A program made the position numbers and the translations under genes. The notes beneath the pieces are model-generated. The model was not told where the DNA came from. It ran no database searches and was given only the letters and a program-made list of their open reading frames with translations. A stretch of 63,468 bases of DNA, counting the filler, from Choristocarpus tenellus KU-1152 (lineage: Eukaryota; Protista; Phaeophyceae), in NCBI GenBank assembly GCA_964200185.2. It is 7 parts of 7 records of this genome, joined end to end, with 100 filler letters (N's around TTAATTAATTAA, not from the genome) between each part and the next. Parts side by side here need not be neighbours in the genome. Positions count along the whole stretch, not along the records: positions 38,218 to 52,132 come from CAXNAD020001324.1; positions 52,233 to 57,882 come from CAXNAD020010135.1; 5 more parts are not named here. The stretch is one strand, 5' to 3'. Positions 41,094 to 52,859 of the stretch are shown here, in pieces (the first letter of the stretch is position 1; each line of letters starts with the position of its first letter).

Positions 41094-41859
41094 AGGACCG
41101 GACCTACTAGGTGATGAAGAGAACAGGAGAAACCATCGCCTAACCCTACAGTAGGTGCGGGAAGCGGGACACTCCATGGGGGAAGGCATCCAATCACACT
41201 CTCAGAACATGACTCCGAAGGCGATGGGGACCGATCTGATTGTAGCGCTTTGTCATGTCCAGAGGAAGATGTCCAGGAGGACGTGGGGTGGCGGCTAGGC
41301 ATGGACTTAGAGTCCATGCCTGTAAGGAGTGACCCCGGAATGTCCCCAAAACCGGGCAGCAGTGGTGACGAGTCCATTAATCACGACCCAACGGGTAGAG
41401 GGAACAGGAATGACGATACTGTCGAGCGAAGGGTTGATTTGACATCATCAGGTTCCTCATATAGGGACTAGCCTTCCGCAAAAGGTAAAGGGAAGGCCAA
41501 AACGATAGTCATTAGGAATAAGTGGTTGGGAGAAGGTGCTGGACGGATCAAACCCTTCGAACAGCCTCGTAGAGATGACGGACGCGATTTAGAACCTAGC
41601 TTTTTTGCGGACGTCTTCGCTTCTCCCAGAAAGGCCAGAGACGCGGAAAATGAGGCACCATCTACTACGAGGAATGAAGATGACGACAAAACGTCCGCAC
41701 ATGGTGATGACGACGTCATGACACAGGACGCGGTCGACTCCGGCGATGCATCCATTGTGGGGATCACCAAAGCCTTCATGGAGGCATGCATTACCGAGCT
41801 CTTACAATTGGCAACAAAACCCGCTTCATTGCAGTACCAAGTACAAACCCAAATCCTTA

Positions 41860-42116
41860 GAGTGGAAGTATCTTAGAGGGTACGAGTTTTCCCTGTTTGT
41901 CCGTTTGGGGCTTGGCTTCCCATGTTTTTTTTATGACATTTTCCTACTCCAATTTTTTTCGGACTAGGTAAATTGTATGCATCATGAAAACGTGTGACCG
42001 GAAAAAGGATATTGACACTTCCTTACAAATACGATAGCCAAAATTACACCAAAATCGCAACATTGGATTTTGGCGCTCAAATGGACGCGGCTCTACCCTC
42101 TAAGATACTTTGGCTC
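41860..42116 (+). mobile_element. MITE family B
   Basis: TSD TTA; removal joins the flanking ORFs in frame (QIL-TQVIYDH). Confidence 0.92.
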
Positions 42117-43959
42117 TTACCCAGGTCATATACGACCATGGGTTCAGGCTCATGAAGGCCAGCAGAGCAGTCAAAAATCATGTATTCGGGGATGACTGCT
42201 ATGTCCATGAGCCCACACAGCTATACCTCAGCAGTTGTGGAGGGAAGCCCAGCAGCACATTGCGTCCCGAGCATGTGGAAGCACTCCATGAAAGGAAGGC
42301 CATCTTGATGAGCCTCATGAAGCCCGAACCGTGGAACGACAGGTACTCCACGCGCCTATATCTCTGGTACCTTCTATCCGACGCATACCCGAAGCTTGTA
42401 GAGTGTTGGGAGAATGGTGAGGAATGCCATTTCGAATCCGCCCACCAATTGAAATAGGACTTCAGTTGTTTCAATTTTTTGTTGAAGTACGGGTCGAGTT
42501 ACTCGTGTCTGATTCGTGCATCAGTGTACCTTGCCTTGATGTCCAACTACGATGTTCATGCAGTTTCCATCCGATGGGTTATGCATTTACTCAGTGGTAT
42601 TGGATACATTGATACCAGTCAGAGGTGTCAGTGTATCATATATACTACTCATCTTGAGGATTAAACCTGTGTAATTTGTTTAACAGAGGGTGTCCAATCC
42701 AAGGTTCAGACTACTAAAATATAAGCATTTTTTATACAATTCTTCCCCATCTTTTCCACTAAGTTTATAATCAATTTGCCAAGGCCTGCGATGGATATGT
42801 TATTTTCTTACTAGCAGCTCATTGTTCCCCGAACCCTACTACCTAGCTTCCCCCTGCTTCTCAATACTCTATGCACCATCTCATGCTTTGTCCAAGTGTC
42901 GACAAACGAGGTCCGATCTCGTCCTCCTTCAAATCCTGGAGGAACATATACCGACGTCCACGCCTGATGCTCCTAAGCACAACACCAACCCTGAGCCTAC
43001 CCCAAACACGTGTCATGAACTCGACAAATGTCCTGGATCACCACCCCCGCACATCAACACTATCCATAACCTTACCCTAACACTTACACTGAGCCCATCT
43101 GCATCCCGTGGCAAACTAAAATAGACAAGCGTCTTACCTGAATAACATACCACTGCAGTCATCGACCCTACTTACGCCAAAACAACCCTAGCTCATCAGG
43201 ATTTATACAACCCACTAACCCTAACCCAGAATCAAGGAAAATATATCTTAAGATACTTCCAGCGAAAAGTAAACAATGGACCTTGACCAATAACCCTTTG
43301 TGAACACATCCAGAATCCCTCAACAAATGATATCAAAGAGACACTACACTAACCCGAAAGCAAAACCTGACCCTTTTCCCTTCCTTCATGCCAACAACTT
43401 TAACCCTAACACGCGGACCGACAACCTCGTCTGTGTAAAAATAAATCCGACACATGCAAGCAAATAAACGAAATACTAAATTAAAAACAGTCTATGGAAT
43501 ATTTTTTAGTTCGTCATGCACACACCGGGATAACAGGCCCTAACTGACAGTCCTCTTTGTGTACATACCATACATGACTCATGCAAGAAAATAAACGAAA
43601 AAACTAACCTCGAAACAGTCCATGGTCTTTTTTTAATTCCTCGTGCTAGCACTGGGACAACACACCCTATCCGACAGCCCTCATTATGTGCTAACCAAAT
43701 CCCACTCATGCAACCAAACAAACCAATAACTAACCCTGAAACAACCAGTGACATATTTCTCATTCTTCATCCTAACTATACAACCAACATACACCAAACA
43801 ATAAGCATGTTTGAACACATTCGAAATCCGACACATGCAAACGTCGAAACTCCTAACCAAGCCCAAATAAATGGTGGCACATATTCCCATTCTTCGTGCG
43901 TATGTAAGGGCAGAAGGGAGCCTAATCAACAGTCTTATTTTTTTTTGTCCACATTTCAA

Positions 43960-44054
43960 ATCCAACACGTGCAACCAAATCACACCAAAAAGTGAAAATC
44001 GAAAAAAGGGTCAAAAACGAACGCCGGCACCCCTCCCCCCAGATACTTTGACCC
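43960..44054 (+). mobile_element. Orphan family A-type right end
   Basis: TGCAACCAAATCAC...CCCCCCAGATACTTTGACCC with no left TIR within MITE distance. Confidence 0.7.
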
Positions 44055-44697
44055 GCCCAAAAGCATCTATTGTTTTATTCAGACCCCCTTCTCAGGCTCT
44101 TCTTTGCTGCTTGCTGATGTGAGCTTGACACATCTAAGTGAGTGGATATTATTGCCGGATGCTTGTGCTCACAACACAGACTACCTCTCGAACAATGTAG
44201 CCAAGCGAGAATTGGAGCTTTTCTTCTCAGTGCAAAAATTAACACGATGAATATACCACTTTTACATTTCATCTAAAAGCTTGCACAGGGAGATGGAAAA
44301 GAAAAAAGGGTTGGATATCTGCAACTGAGAAACATGAAAATTGCAGGAAGTGAGGAAAAAGTGCTATCACAAGGTGTCATATGGAAAGAACCTGGAGGTG
44401 TGATTTTGGCTGATGGTGCAAGAACCGTGTAAACAATCATTTATAGTAATTTTGTGTAAATACAACGTCAGAAATCAACTTCATACACTCGTACTACCCC
44501 TCCACACACACAAACCCTTGTTCTAGTCAGAATTTTTCCGAATTAGTTTACGGTCTGTCAAAAAAGGTTGTGGTAAAACACTCTGCTAGAGAAAAACTAC
44601 TGACAAGCAATATAACAATGGTTAACCTTGCTACATACTTTGTCCACACACCGTCTTTTACACGCCTCTCTTCCCCACTATCACGAGGTTATCCATT

Positions 44698-45460
44698 CTA
44701 GCCCCCTAAAATATTACTATTTTCTGCTTGGTATCTCATTCCATAATATGTTATCCCCTTACCTTCACAGAGACCATACATTTCCTTGAAATACAAACGG
44801 TGTGTGCATGCTGGGGAGTCAATGCGTAACACAAAAAGACTTTCAACAACAGCACTCATCCAGAAAGTAATGGCAACTGCAAAACCATAACGCGACACCA
44901 AAATGAGTGCCATCTCCACCAAAGAAAACGCCTGCACAGGTTTCGAATTTCTCCGGGTCCTTGGTATAGGCATTAGGATACGAACCTCTAAAATTCTCTG
45001 GTTTAGTAAATAGACCGCTTGCCAAGAGACCCCATATGCCACAGACGTAGTGAACTGCAGATGCGTTGACTGAGTCATCCTTCTTGAGGCAGAGGAGTGC
45101 ACGCGATGCGATGTGATGCAACAACACTCCAATAGTGGCAAACAATGGTGCTTGAGTGAAGGGTATAGTGGCACAGCCTGGAGTCATAGGTACTGGGCAT
45201 GGTCTCGAAAGATCAGGGTACCATGACAGAAGGGATAGTCTGGGAGCACAAGGAGAATGCTTTTTTGAAAAAAAGTCTAGCAAGAGAGAGCTCAGGGTGG
45301 AGGTTGGTCAAGACATAATATATAAAGTGTGATGATTGCGGAAAAACTCACACAACCCAAGCCAACCAATGCCATAAGCTCCTACGTACCAGCTGTGATG
45401 CTGACAAGTCCAGTAAGAATGCCATCGATCGCTGCACCATGGATACTCTTCCTTGTTGAT
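44698..45460 (-). pseudogene. AMT: Ammonium transporter (Amt/Mep/Rh) C-terminal fragment, frameshifted
   Basis: Exon 45460-45390 DGILTGLVSITAG splices to an exon from 45177: CATIP...KDDSVNASAVHYVCGIWGLLASGLF...AGVFFGGDG. The last TM helix (FAVAITFWMSAVV) continues in another frame near 44890. No upstream AMT exons seen. Confidence 0.8.
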
Positions 45461-46211
45461 CTGCAGCTTGAGCAGTCCCTCAAGTGTTACCTTAACACCA
45501 CGTTTTAATTGAGGAGATGGGTGACCATTAGATCCAAAGTGTTACTCGAGTAGGAGGTGGGTTGTGTAGGGATGTTTGTATGTGTAAGAGTAGTAAGAGA
45601 AGATTTATTGATTCTATGCGACAAGTTACGCCAATGGACAGGTTCCTCTTTAAAAGAACGAACATCGAACAAAATTGGAATAAGTCCTTTTGCTTCCACT
45701 TTTGAAATTTGTTAATAATGGTTCTAGAAAGTAGAAGCATGAAATACGTGTGTTTGTTGAAGTAGTCCCAACCTCACATCACAAAATATTCAGTGATTTC
45801 AGTAAGGAAAAAGATAATTTTGTACTGATTTTGGAGTTCTCAGAACACATCTTGACGTCATCTAATGTTCGAGGCTGTTATGACGCGTACCTCGCAGTAA
45901 AACATATTATTTTGACTTCAATTTGTAACTGTTCGCACTAAAGACAATACGTTTTACTGAACCTTTGAGGTAGGAAGATTTGTTGTTATAAACTAGGCGG
46001 TACATGCCCAGAAGTAATCTGATATGTTTTACATGTGGTGGACTATGTGGTGGATTTCATTTTCTTAATGCTGACGTTAAGATGTGGCACTTGATTAACA
46101 GTTCCTTTTTCGTTTTTGAGATGTTTTGTCGTATCTAATACACTATTGCATGATATCATGAGGATGTGACGAATATCTGACCCACTTCAGAAAGACCATG
46201 CTGCTTTGATC

Positions 46212-47002
46212 ATGGGGTGCTGCACGTCACAAATGGACCGCGATTCCACCCGGGCTGGTGAGGTTTGCCAGTTTATCAAGGATCGGAGAGTACTGGACGA
46301 CCGTACCCGACAATATTGGATAGAGGAGTTTGTCAAACAACGAAGTCCCTGTAATATCAACACCCATGGCTGGGGTCACAACCGAACACCTCTATGGCAA
46401 GCGCTAGAGACACTTTCAACCGGTGCTAATGAGATGGTGAACGTGCTTATGTGAGTTTGATACTAACCAGATTTTGCACTTAGAGGTGTTTCTGTTGAGG
46501 TATCGTTGTCGATCTCCCGCCCTATTTCTCTTGTTGCTTGTATCCAGCTCACGTAGACTGATGCAATAGGGCTCAACGTACGACGAGAAGGGTCGTTCTT
46601 ATATTGAATGTGTGGACATCGCTGTGCAGGAGTCCATCGCCATATTACCCTACTATCGAAGTCGTTGCATCTTGACACATTGTCCCATCCTATGGTGTCA
46701 GGTGCATTGTGTATGATCTCCACGCAGATGTGACCCTAGAGAGCAACACGGGGGTCAAGCCTCTTGATTTCGTCCGAGATCTGAGAAAAATAGAGCAGAT
46801 TGACGGGGAAATGTGCGCGAAAGTCGTTCGGATTCTCACGGTGGGCACATCTGATACGGTGTCGTCAGTCCCTTCTTCAATAACGACTCCATTCGATCGT
46901 TCAGATTTTTTTTCTTCCAATGATTTGACAGGAAGCGCGTCTAATATCTCTGGGACTTCTTCAAGTGGTGGGTCTTGTTTTAACTACTGTGTTTATCCTT
47001 GA
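46212..47002 (+). CDS. Small ankyrin-like protein with MGCC N-terminus
   Basis: Exon 46212-46450 (MGCCTSQ...HNRTPLWQAL) is phase compatible with exon 46702-47002 (LHADVTLESNTGVKPLDFV). A middle exon may be missing. Confidence 0.55.
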
Positions 47003-48477
47003 AACCACCCCCTCAGGAGGACCTTACCACATGGGGGTGTTCACCTTCATACCACTTTCCCAGGAAAACAAGATTCAATGTAAATTACTTATTTTCCCAG
47101 CTATCACCTTGTGGTGGTAGTTTTCCAGCAAGGATTGTACACTTATTGTCGAGTGCTCAGTGTATATGTGAGCAGCAGTTTCAATAGAGTTCGATTCAAG
47201 GTATCGTAAGACCTTTCACAAGTTTTTGAGGGGTCGGTGGGCGAGGTTCTATCTTCGGTGCCATTTGCAAGATCACGTGTTGTGCCGTACACATGTGAAG
47301 AAAGTCTGCAACATGAATCAACTTTGTGTGGTGTAATTTGCCTCCATTTGTCTGCTTTGAGCAACGAGTTGACTAATCACCACGTTTGAAACGAAAAGTA
47401 TATTGTCTTGAGATCGTGACAATACCCACCTGGCAAACTTTCTTGGAAGCAGTCGACTCCACAAACCTTTCCTTTTTACCCGTCACTGTGGTGTGGGGCA
47501 CACTGTTGGCGTTTTGCCACAATCGAAGCACAAGATAATAAAATGGGGCGACACCAGGAGACTAGGAAGAATATCAAAATATTTGTGCCGGATACAACAA
47601 AGAGGATCAAGGGTAGGGCGGAGAAGGAGGAAGACGAATTCATCAATGTATATGTGCTAGGTAGTTTGTTGTACGGCAGAGTGTATGCTTTGATTTGATT
47701 TTTCGGAACGATTGACAAGTGTTTGGTGGCTGTCACCCCCGAAAAAATTGGTGCATGTATGTACTACAATTGACATGTTCTGTCGTACGGTAAACTATTA
47801 TGTAGGATGGGTTTTTGGTGGTAGGGATATCGATCCCCAGATACACATACCATTGTTTGTGCCTCCTTCTCTACAGGGGATATGAGATTGCGCTCGAGTT
47901 ATGGAATATCGAGGCCGATGGGTTGGAGGGGTGTGCCTTGAAAGTCATTATGTAGACCGCGGCAACTCTTGCCATACTTTGTCCTACGGTAAACTACGGC
48001 AAGAATTACACAAGGCAAGTGAATGAAGGAAGAGCGAAACATATGTTGGCATAGTTTCGGGATTGAAGGGTCAGGATGATGTTGGGGTTTCGATGCAACT
48101 GTGTGATTTTGGAAGGATATGGTGACCATATGCTTTGAACACTATGTCTAGTCTTCAGCGCTAATCCCTCGTTGTGGTAAATACAGAACGCACAGGCTAG
48201 ATCAGAGTGTGTCTAGCTGCGATGGAGGCCTGGCCTTACGCTTGGGATGTCCTGGGGTCTACCCCTCCGGAGTCCACAAGTTCATTCCCATTGTTGGCCA
48301 GTTCCCCCAGTGGCTGACGGGTGGCCATCCTACATCCGTGGTGCGATGGGTGTGGCCCTCTCGAAAAACTGCGACAATGAATCCTATATATTGTCGAGGC
48401 CTGTTGTTTTGTTGTTGAGTGAGTGAACGAGTGTGGGGTTTGTCGCAAATGTGGTTTGGTGAAAGTTTTTTTGCTAT

Positions 48478-50899
48478 TGTGCAAAATAGGACAATAGTGA
48501 GGTGTACCTTATTTTGTGTTTGAGATATTTTCATTTTGATTGAGTCCATGTGATATAACTAATGAGAAAGTACATCAGGATTATGAATGGGAATATGTAT
48601 GGGTTTTTATTTTGCATTCAACTGCTTTGACATAATCGTCGACTTGTGTAGGAAGCACAAATAATAGTCAACAAGCAACGAGAAGGCACCCCACAAATGT
48701 CACTCTTCTAATTTCAACCATGTAATCACGTCCAGCAATGGGGAACCGTGTGAGGCTCCACCAACGCCTTTGTATTCACTACCAATAAATAGCATTACCT
48801 CCCAAGGTAAATTGCGCAGGTTATGACACAGGTTATGAGCCATAGTAATATGGAGAAAAGGGGCAGGTGATGGGCCTCAACGACATGAAGAAGTTGTTCA
48901 ACTGGACTGGAGCACCAGCACGACCAGTGGAGACTTGGACAACATGGAGATTATATCTGGTGGTTTATGCCAGTGAAAGGGTCTATAAGACATTGTGAGG
49001 CGAAAATATGTCGTCCTGAACTCACGGAGACACTAACGGAACAGGAACGAAATCGCACAGGAACTACGAAAGAGGAATCAATGAAGGATGTGCGGGGGAC
49101 AAGATTCCCGTACAGCTCAACAAAGGACGTACGGAGGACGAGATCCCCGTGCATCTCAACGGAGGATGCGCGGAGGACTAGATCCCCGTGCAGTTCAACA
49201 GAGGACCCGCGGAGGACAAGATTCCCGTGCAACTCATCACAAGACCTGATATAAGCTACAGGAAGCTGAAACGGGCAATAGTCTCATCATCGTCATACCA
49301 ACAAAGTGGACCTGCACCTTTGACAAAAATGGGAAACTGGAGGCAAAGGAGACATGGGATATGGTACGATCGATAACGAGCAAAAACTGGAGGTCAAGGG
49401 GGATACTTCGGGTACCTGGTATGCCATGCCGAAATTGAGCACTGGGACCCTGTGACAAGATTCTTGCATATGGAATGAGAAAAGTAATTGCTGTACCTGC
49501 CACTAGGGGAGCAGGACATTAGCAGGAGCAGTAACTAACTAAGCCTTCACAGAAGGGAAAGGAGAAGCTAACCGCGGGGAGCCTGGGAGCCCTCTAGCCA
49601 CTGGGACTATAAACTCATGGAAGAGAACACAGAAGGTCAGCGAAGGAGGCGGCCAAGGTACAACTGGTCAACGTACGGACCATATTACAACAGGATCCCC
49701 TACCAGAGACGAGATCAGGACCAACAGAAGATGTTTAAACTGTGGACTGATCAAGCATGTTGGCCCTTGTTCTTTCAAAGGAATATATGCTACAACTGTG
49801 GAGGTAAAGGACACCTTCAGATCGTTTGTTGCCAGAGAAGAGCGACACCGTCTAAACAGGCGGAGGAATTAGCTGGACCAGGGTTGGAGTCAGAAAAGAG
49901 AAACAGTGGAGGTTTGTCAGCAAAGGGCTGCAACATGTTCTACGATACCTAGTGGGCACCATTAAAGTAGGTATACATTATCCTGCTGGTGGTGAAATGG
50001 ACAAATGGGGGCCTGGTTGGGTATGGAGACTCAGACTGGGGCAATGACACTGTTTGAAGACGAAGCGTGACGGGATACCTAATCCTATTGAATGAGGCAC
50101 CAATTGCATGGAAATCCAAGATGCAAGGAGCTGTAACCACATCTTCATCAGAAGCGGAATGGACAGCGATGGTACATGGAATGAGGCATGCAATATTCCT
50201 CAGAGGCATCCGGAGGGAGCTGGGCATACTCAAAGGGGTCGCAACTTGGTATGGAAATAATCGAGGTGCAATTCAAGCAGCAATAACCGAAAGTTTCAAT
50301 AGACGGACAACGCATGTCGACATTAAACTAAAATGTACCAGGGAGTATGTTAGCAAAGGATTTTATTACAGTAAAATATATTCCCACGGCACTCCAACTT
50401 GCAGAAATCTTGACTAAAATATTATGAAAGAAGTAGGTAGAAGACTTTGTAGACACTGTGTTGACTAGATAAATGTCGTGTGTTAAAGTTGAAGTAATGT
50501 GCGTTCTTTTACTGCCTTGACAGAGTATAATGTTTTAGGTTTGAGAGTTCCAGTAACTCTTCATTGCCTGCACTCTCATGGGGGAGTGGGCAAAATAGGA
50601 CAACAGTGAGGTGTACCTTATTTTGTGTTTGTGATGTAAGTAATGAGAAAGTATATCAGGATTATGAATGGGAATATGTACGGGTTTTTATTTTGCATTC
50701 AACTGCTTTGACATAATCGTTGACTTGTGTAGGAAGCACAAATAATAATAAACAAGCAATGAGAAGATACCCCACAAAGGTCGCTCTTCTAATTTCAACC
50801 ATGTAATCACGTTCAGCAATGGGGAACCGTGTGAGGCTCCACCAACGCCTTTGTGTTCACTACTAATAAATAGCATTACCTCCCAAGGTAAATTGCACA
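48478..50899 (+). mobile_element. Non-autonomous Copia element, 2.4 kb, with both LTRs
   Basis: LTRs 48478-48818 and 50587-50899 (TG...CA), TSD GCTAT/GTTAT, PBS GGTTATGAGCCC 48831-48842, PPT GGGGGAG. Gag remnant with CYNCGGKGHLQIVC joined almost directly to RNase H (GYGDSDWGND, IAWKSKMQ, RTTHVDIK). Confidence 0.93.
49083..49240. repeat. 39-bp tandem repeat inside Copia gag
   Basis: About 4 copies of GAGGA.G.GCGGAGGAC.AGAT.CCCGTGCA..TCAAC. Confidence 0.85.
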
Positions 50900-51417
50900 G
50901 TTATGCACTATAATATAATTATTCAAATTGTATTAGAAATATATGAAATAAAAATGCAAATTCGACGTTTTAGCCCTGTCGCACTAATGAAGAAATAGAG
51001 GATGGAGAGTTGTATATATATACAACTATAACTCGGCTTTGGTGAAAGCATGAACATGCCCCTCGCATTAGGAATTATCTCGTTATTGCTTTCTTAATGT
51101 ATAGCCTAAATTCGGGTTAGGCGTAGATGGCGTTGCTGTCCACCACGCTACATCACTTCACACAAAATCCCCCCGTACAAACAGACACGATACAGACACG
51201 CTCCTCATTACATTCCCTCCCGCACAATACTGTGCAAATTGGTAGCTAGTGATACCCCATCACGTTATGTACCACGTTAAGCCAAGGTTGGCGACGCATG
51301 TGGTGTTGAAGAGTTTCCAACATATCCACCCCTCATTGCGCTTTCTTTCGACGTGAACACAACCACACGTCTCTACACATGTTTATGTGTTCATTTGCAT
51401 TCGGAGCTTATGCGGAG

Positions 51418-52132
51418 CAGCTGTCAATAGTGGTGTCACCAACGTTTTCAAATCTAATACCCTGTATTTATTCCCAATAGAACCTTGTACACACCAGCTG
51501 TCAGTAGTGGTCACACCAACATTTTGAAATCCGATGCCCCTGTATTTCGCACCATTAGAACCGTGTGTACATACCAGCTGTCAGTAGCAGTGCTATCACC
51601 AACATTTTGAAATTCGATGCCCTGTATTTCTCACCGTTAGACCCGTGCACACACCAGCTGTCAGTAGTGGTCACACCAACGTTTTCAAATCCGATGCCCG
51701 TGTATATGTGACAATTAGAACCGTGTACACACCAGCGGTCAACAGTGGTCACACCAAGATTTTGAAATCCGATGCCCTTGTATTTATGACGATTACAGCC
51801 GTGTACACACCAGCTGTCAGCAGTGCTATCACCAACATTTTGAAATCCGATGCCCCTGTATCTATCACCATTAAAACCGTGTACACACCAGCTGTCAGCA
51901 GTGCTATCACTAACAATTTTCAAATTAGATGCCCTGTATTTCTTACCATCACAACCATGTACACACCAGCTGTCGATAGTGGTATCACCAAGATTTTGAA
52001 ACACGATGCCCCTGTATTTCTTACTATTAGCACCGTGCACACACCAGCTGTCAGTAGTGGTCACACCAACGTTTTCAAATCCGATGCCCGTGTATATGTG
52101 ACAATTAGAACCGTGTACACACCAGCGGTCAA
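51418..52132. repeat. 78-bp minisatellite (at least 9 units), running into the contig end
   Basis: Recurring ACACCAGCTGTCAGTAGTGGTCACACCAACATTTTGAAATCCGATGCCC at ~78-bp spacing. Confidence 0.95.
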
Positions 52133-52599
52133 NNNNNNNNNNNNNNNNNNNNNNNNNNNNNNNNNNNNNNNNNNNNTTAATTAATTAANNNNNNNNNNNN
52201 NNNNNNNNNNNNNNNNNNNNNNNNNNNNNNNNTAAATGCTGAATACTTAGCGAGTGATTCTGTGATAGGTCTTAGAGTTGAGGGAGGACCGGTGTACTGT
52301 ACATGGTTGATTTGATAGTACCGTTACACCTGACACAGTTTCATGAATTGGGTGAGCTACAGTTGACTCTTTGCGATTTTTTGTTTGCACTCCCTGAACT
52401 GAACCCACCTCCTCCCATGCAAGATGGTATTCGAGTAAGGAATGGTGTTGGGGATAGAACTTCCTACAGGACAGAACAAGCGGTGGTATGTGTGAGGTCT
52501 ATGTGTTATGTAGTCAGCACATGGGTACTGTGAGGGGTGAACGAAGTTACTGGAATACTATAACATAAGCTTAATGGGTCCAACATATACTACTATCTA

Positions 52600-52859
52600 T
52601 GTGTATGAAAGGTCTCCACTTGGATATAAATGTGTGACACATGTTGAAAATCTTGGCGCACGTAAGGCTCGTCGCCGGAAGCGAGCAGTTGAATTACATG
52701 GTAAAGCACACACTGAATTATTAATTGCCCATCAACCATCCATCACTACTGACGTGTGGATTAATGTTGACTTACTATATTTTATGTACGTATGTATAAC
52801 CTTTGTTATATACTTGTGTTAGCACAAACAATGTAAGGATAACACTAGGTTATTTGACA
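52600..52859 (-). mobile_element. LTR-like fragment related to the LTR at 34900
   Basis: Reverse complement begins TGTCAAATAACCTAGTGTTATCCTTAC, matching TGTCGAATAACCTAGTGTTATCCTTAC at 34900. Distal boundary uncertain. Confidence 0.6.

Larger units (their letters stand above)
40656..42664 (+). pseudogene. Decayed ORF of unknown family, split by two MITEs
   Basis: ORFs 41250-41471, 41526-41859 and 42120-42664 read continuously through isolated stop codons once the MITE is removed; acidic low-complexity middle. Confidence 0.55.

Noticed and set aside
47143-48330. Possible minus-strand gene starting MATRQPLGELANN (D-box-like)
   Set aside because: Could not build a phase-consistent spliced ORF.
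51418-52132. CRISPR-like array
   Set aside because: The variable parts are homologous between units rather than unique spacers; no cas genes; eukaryotic context.
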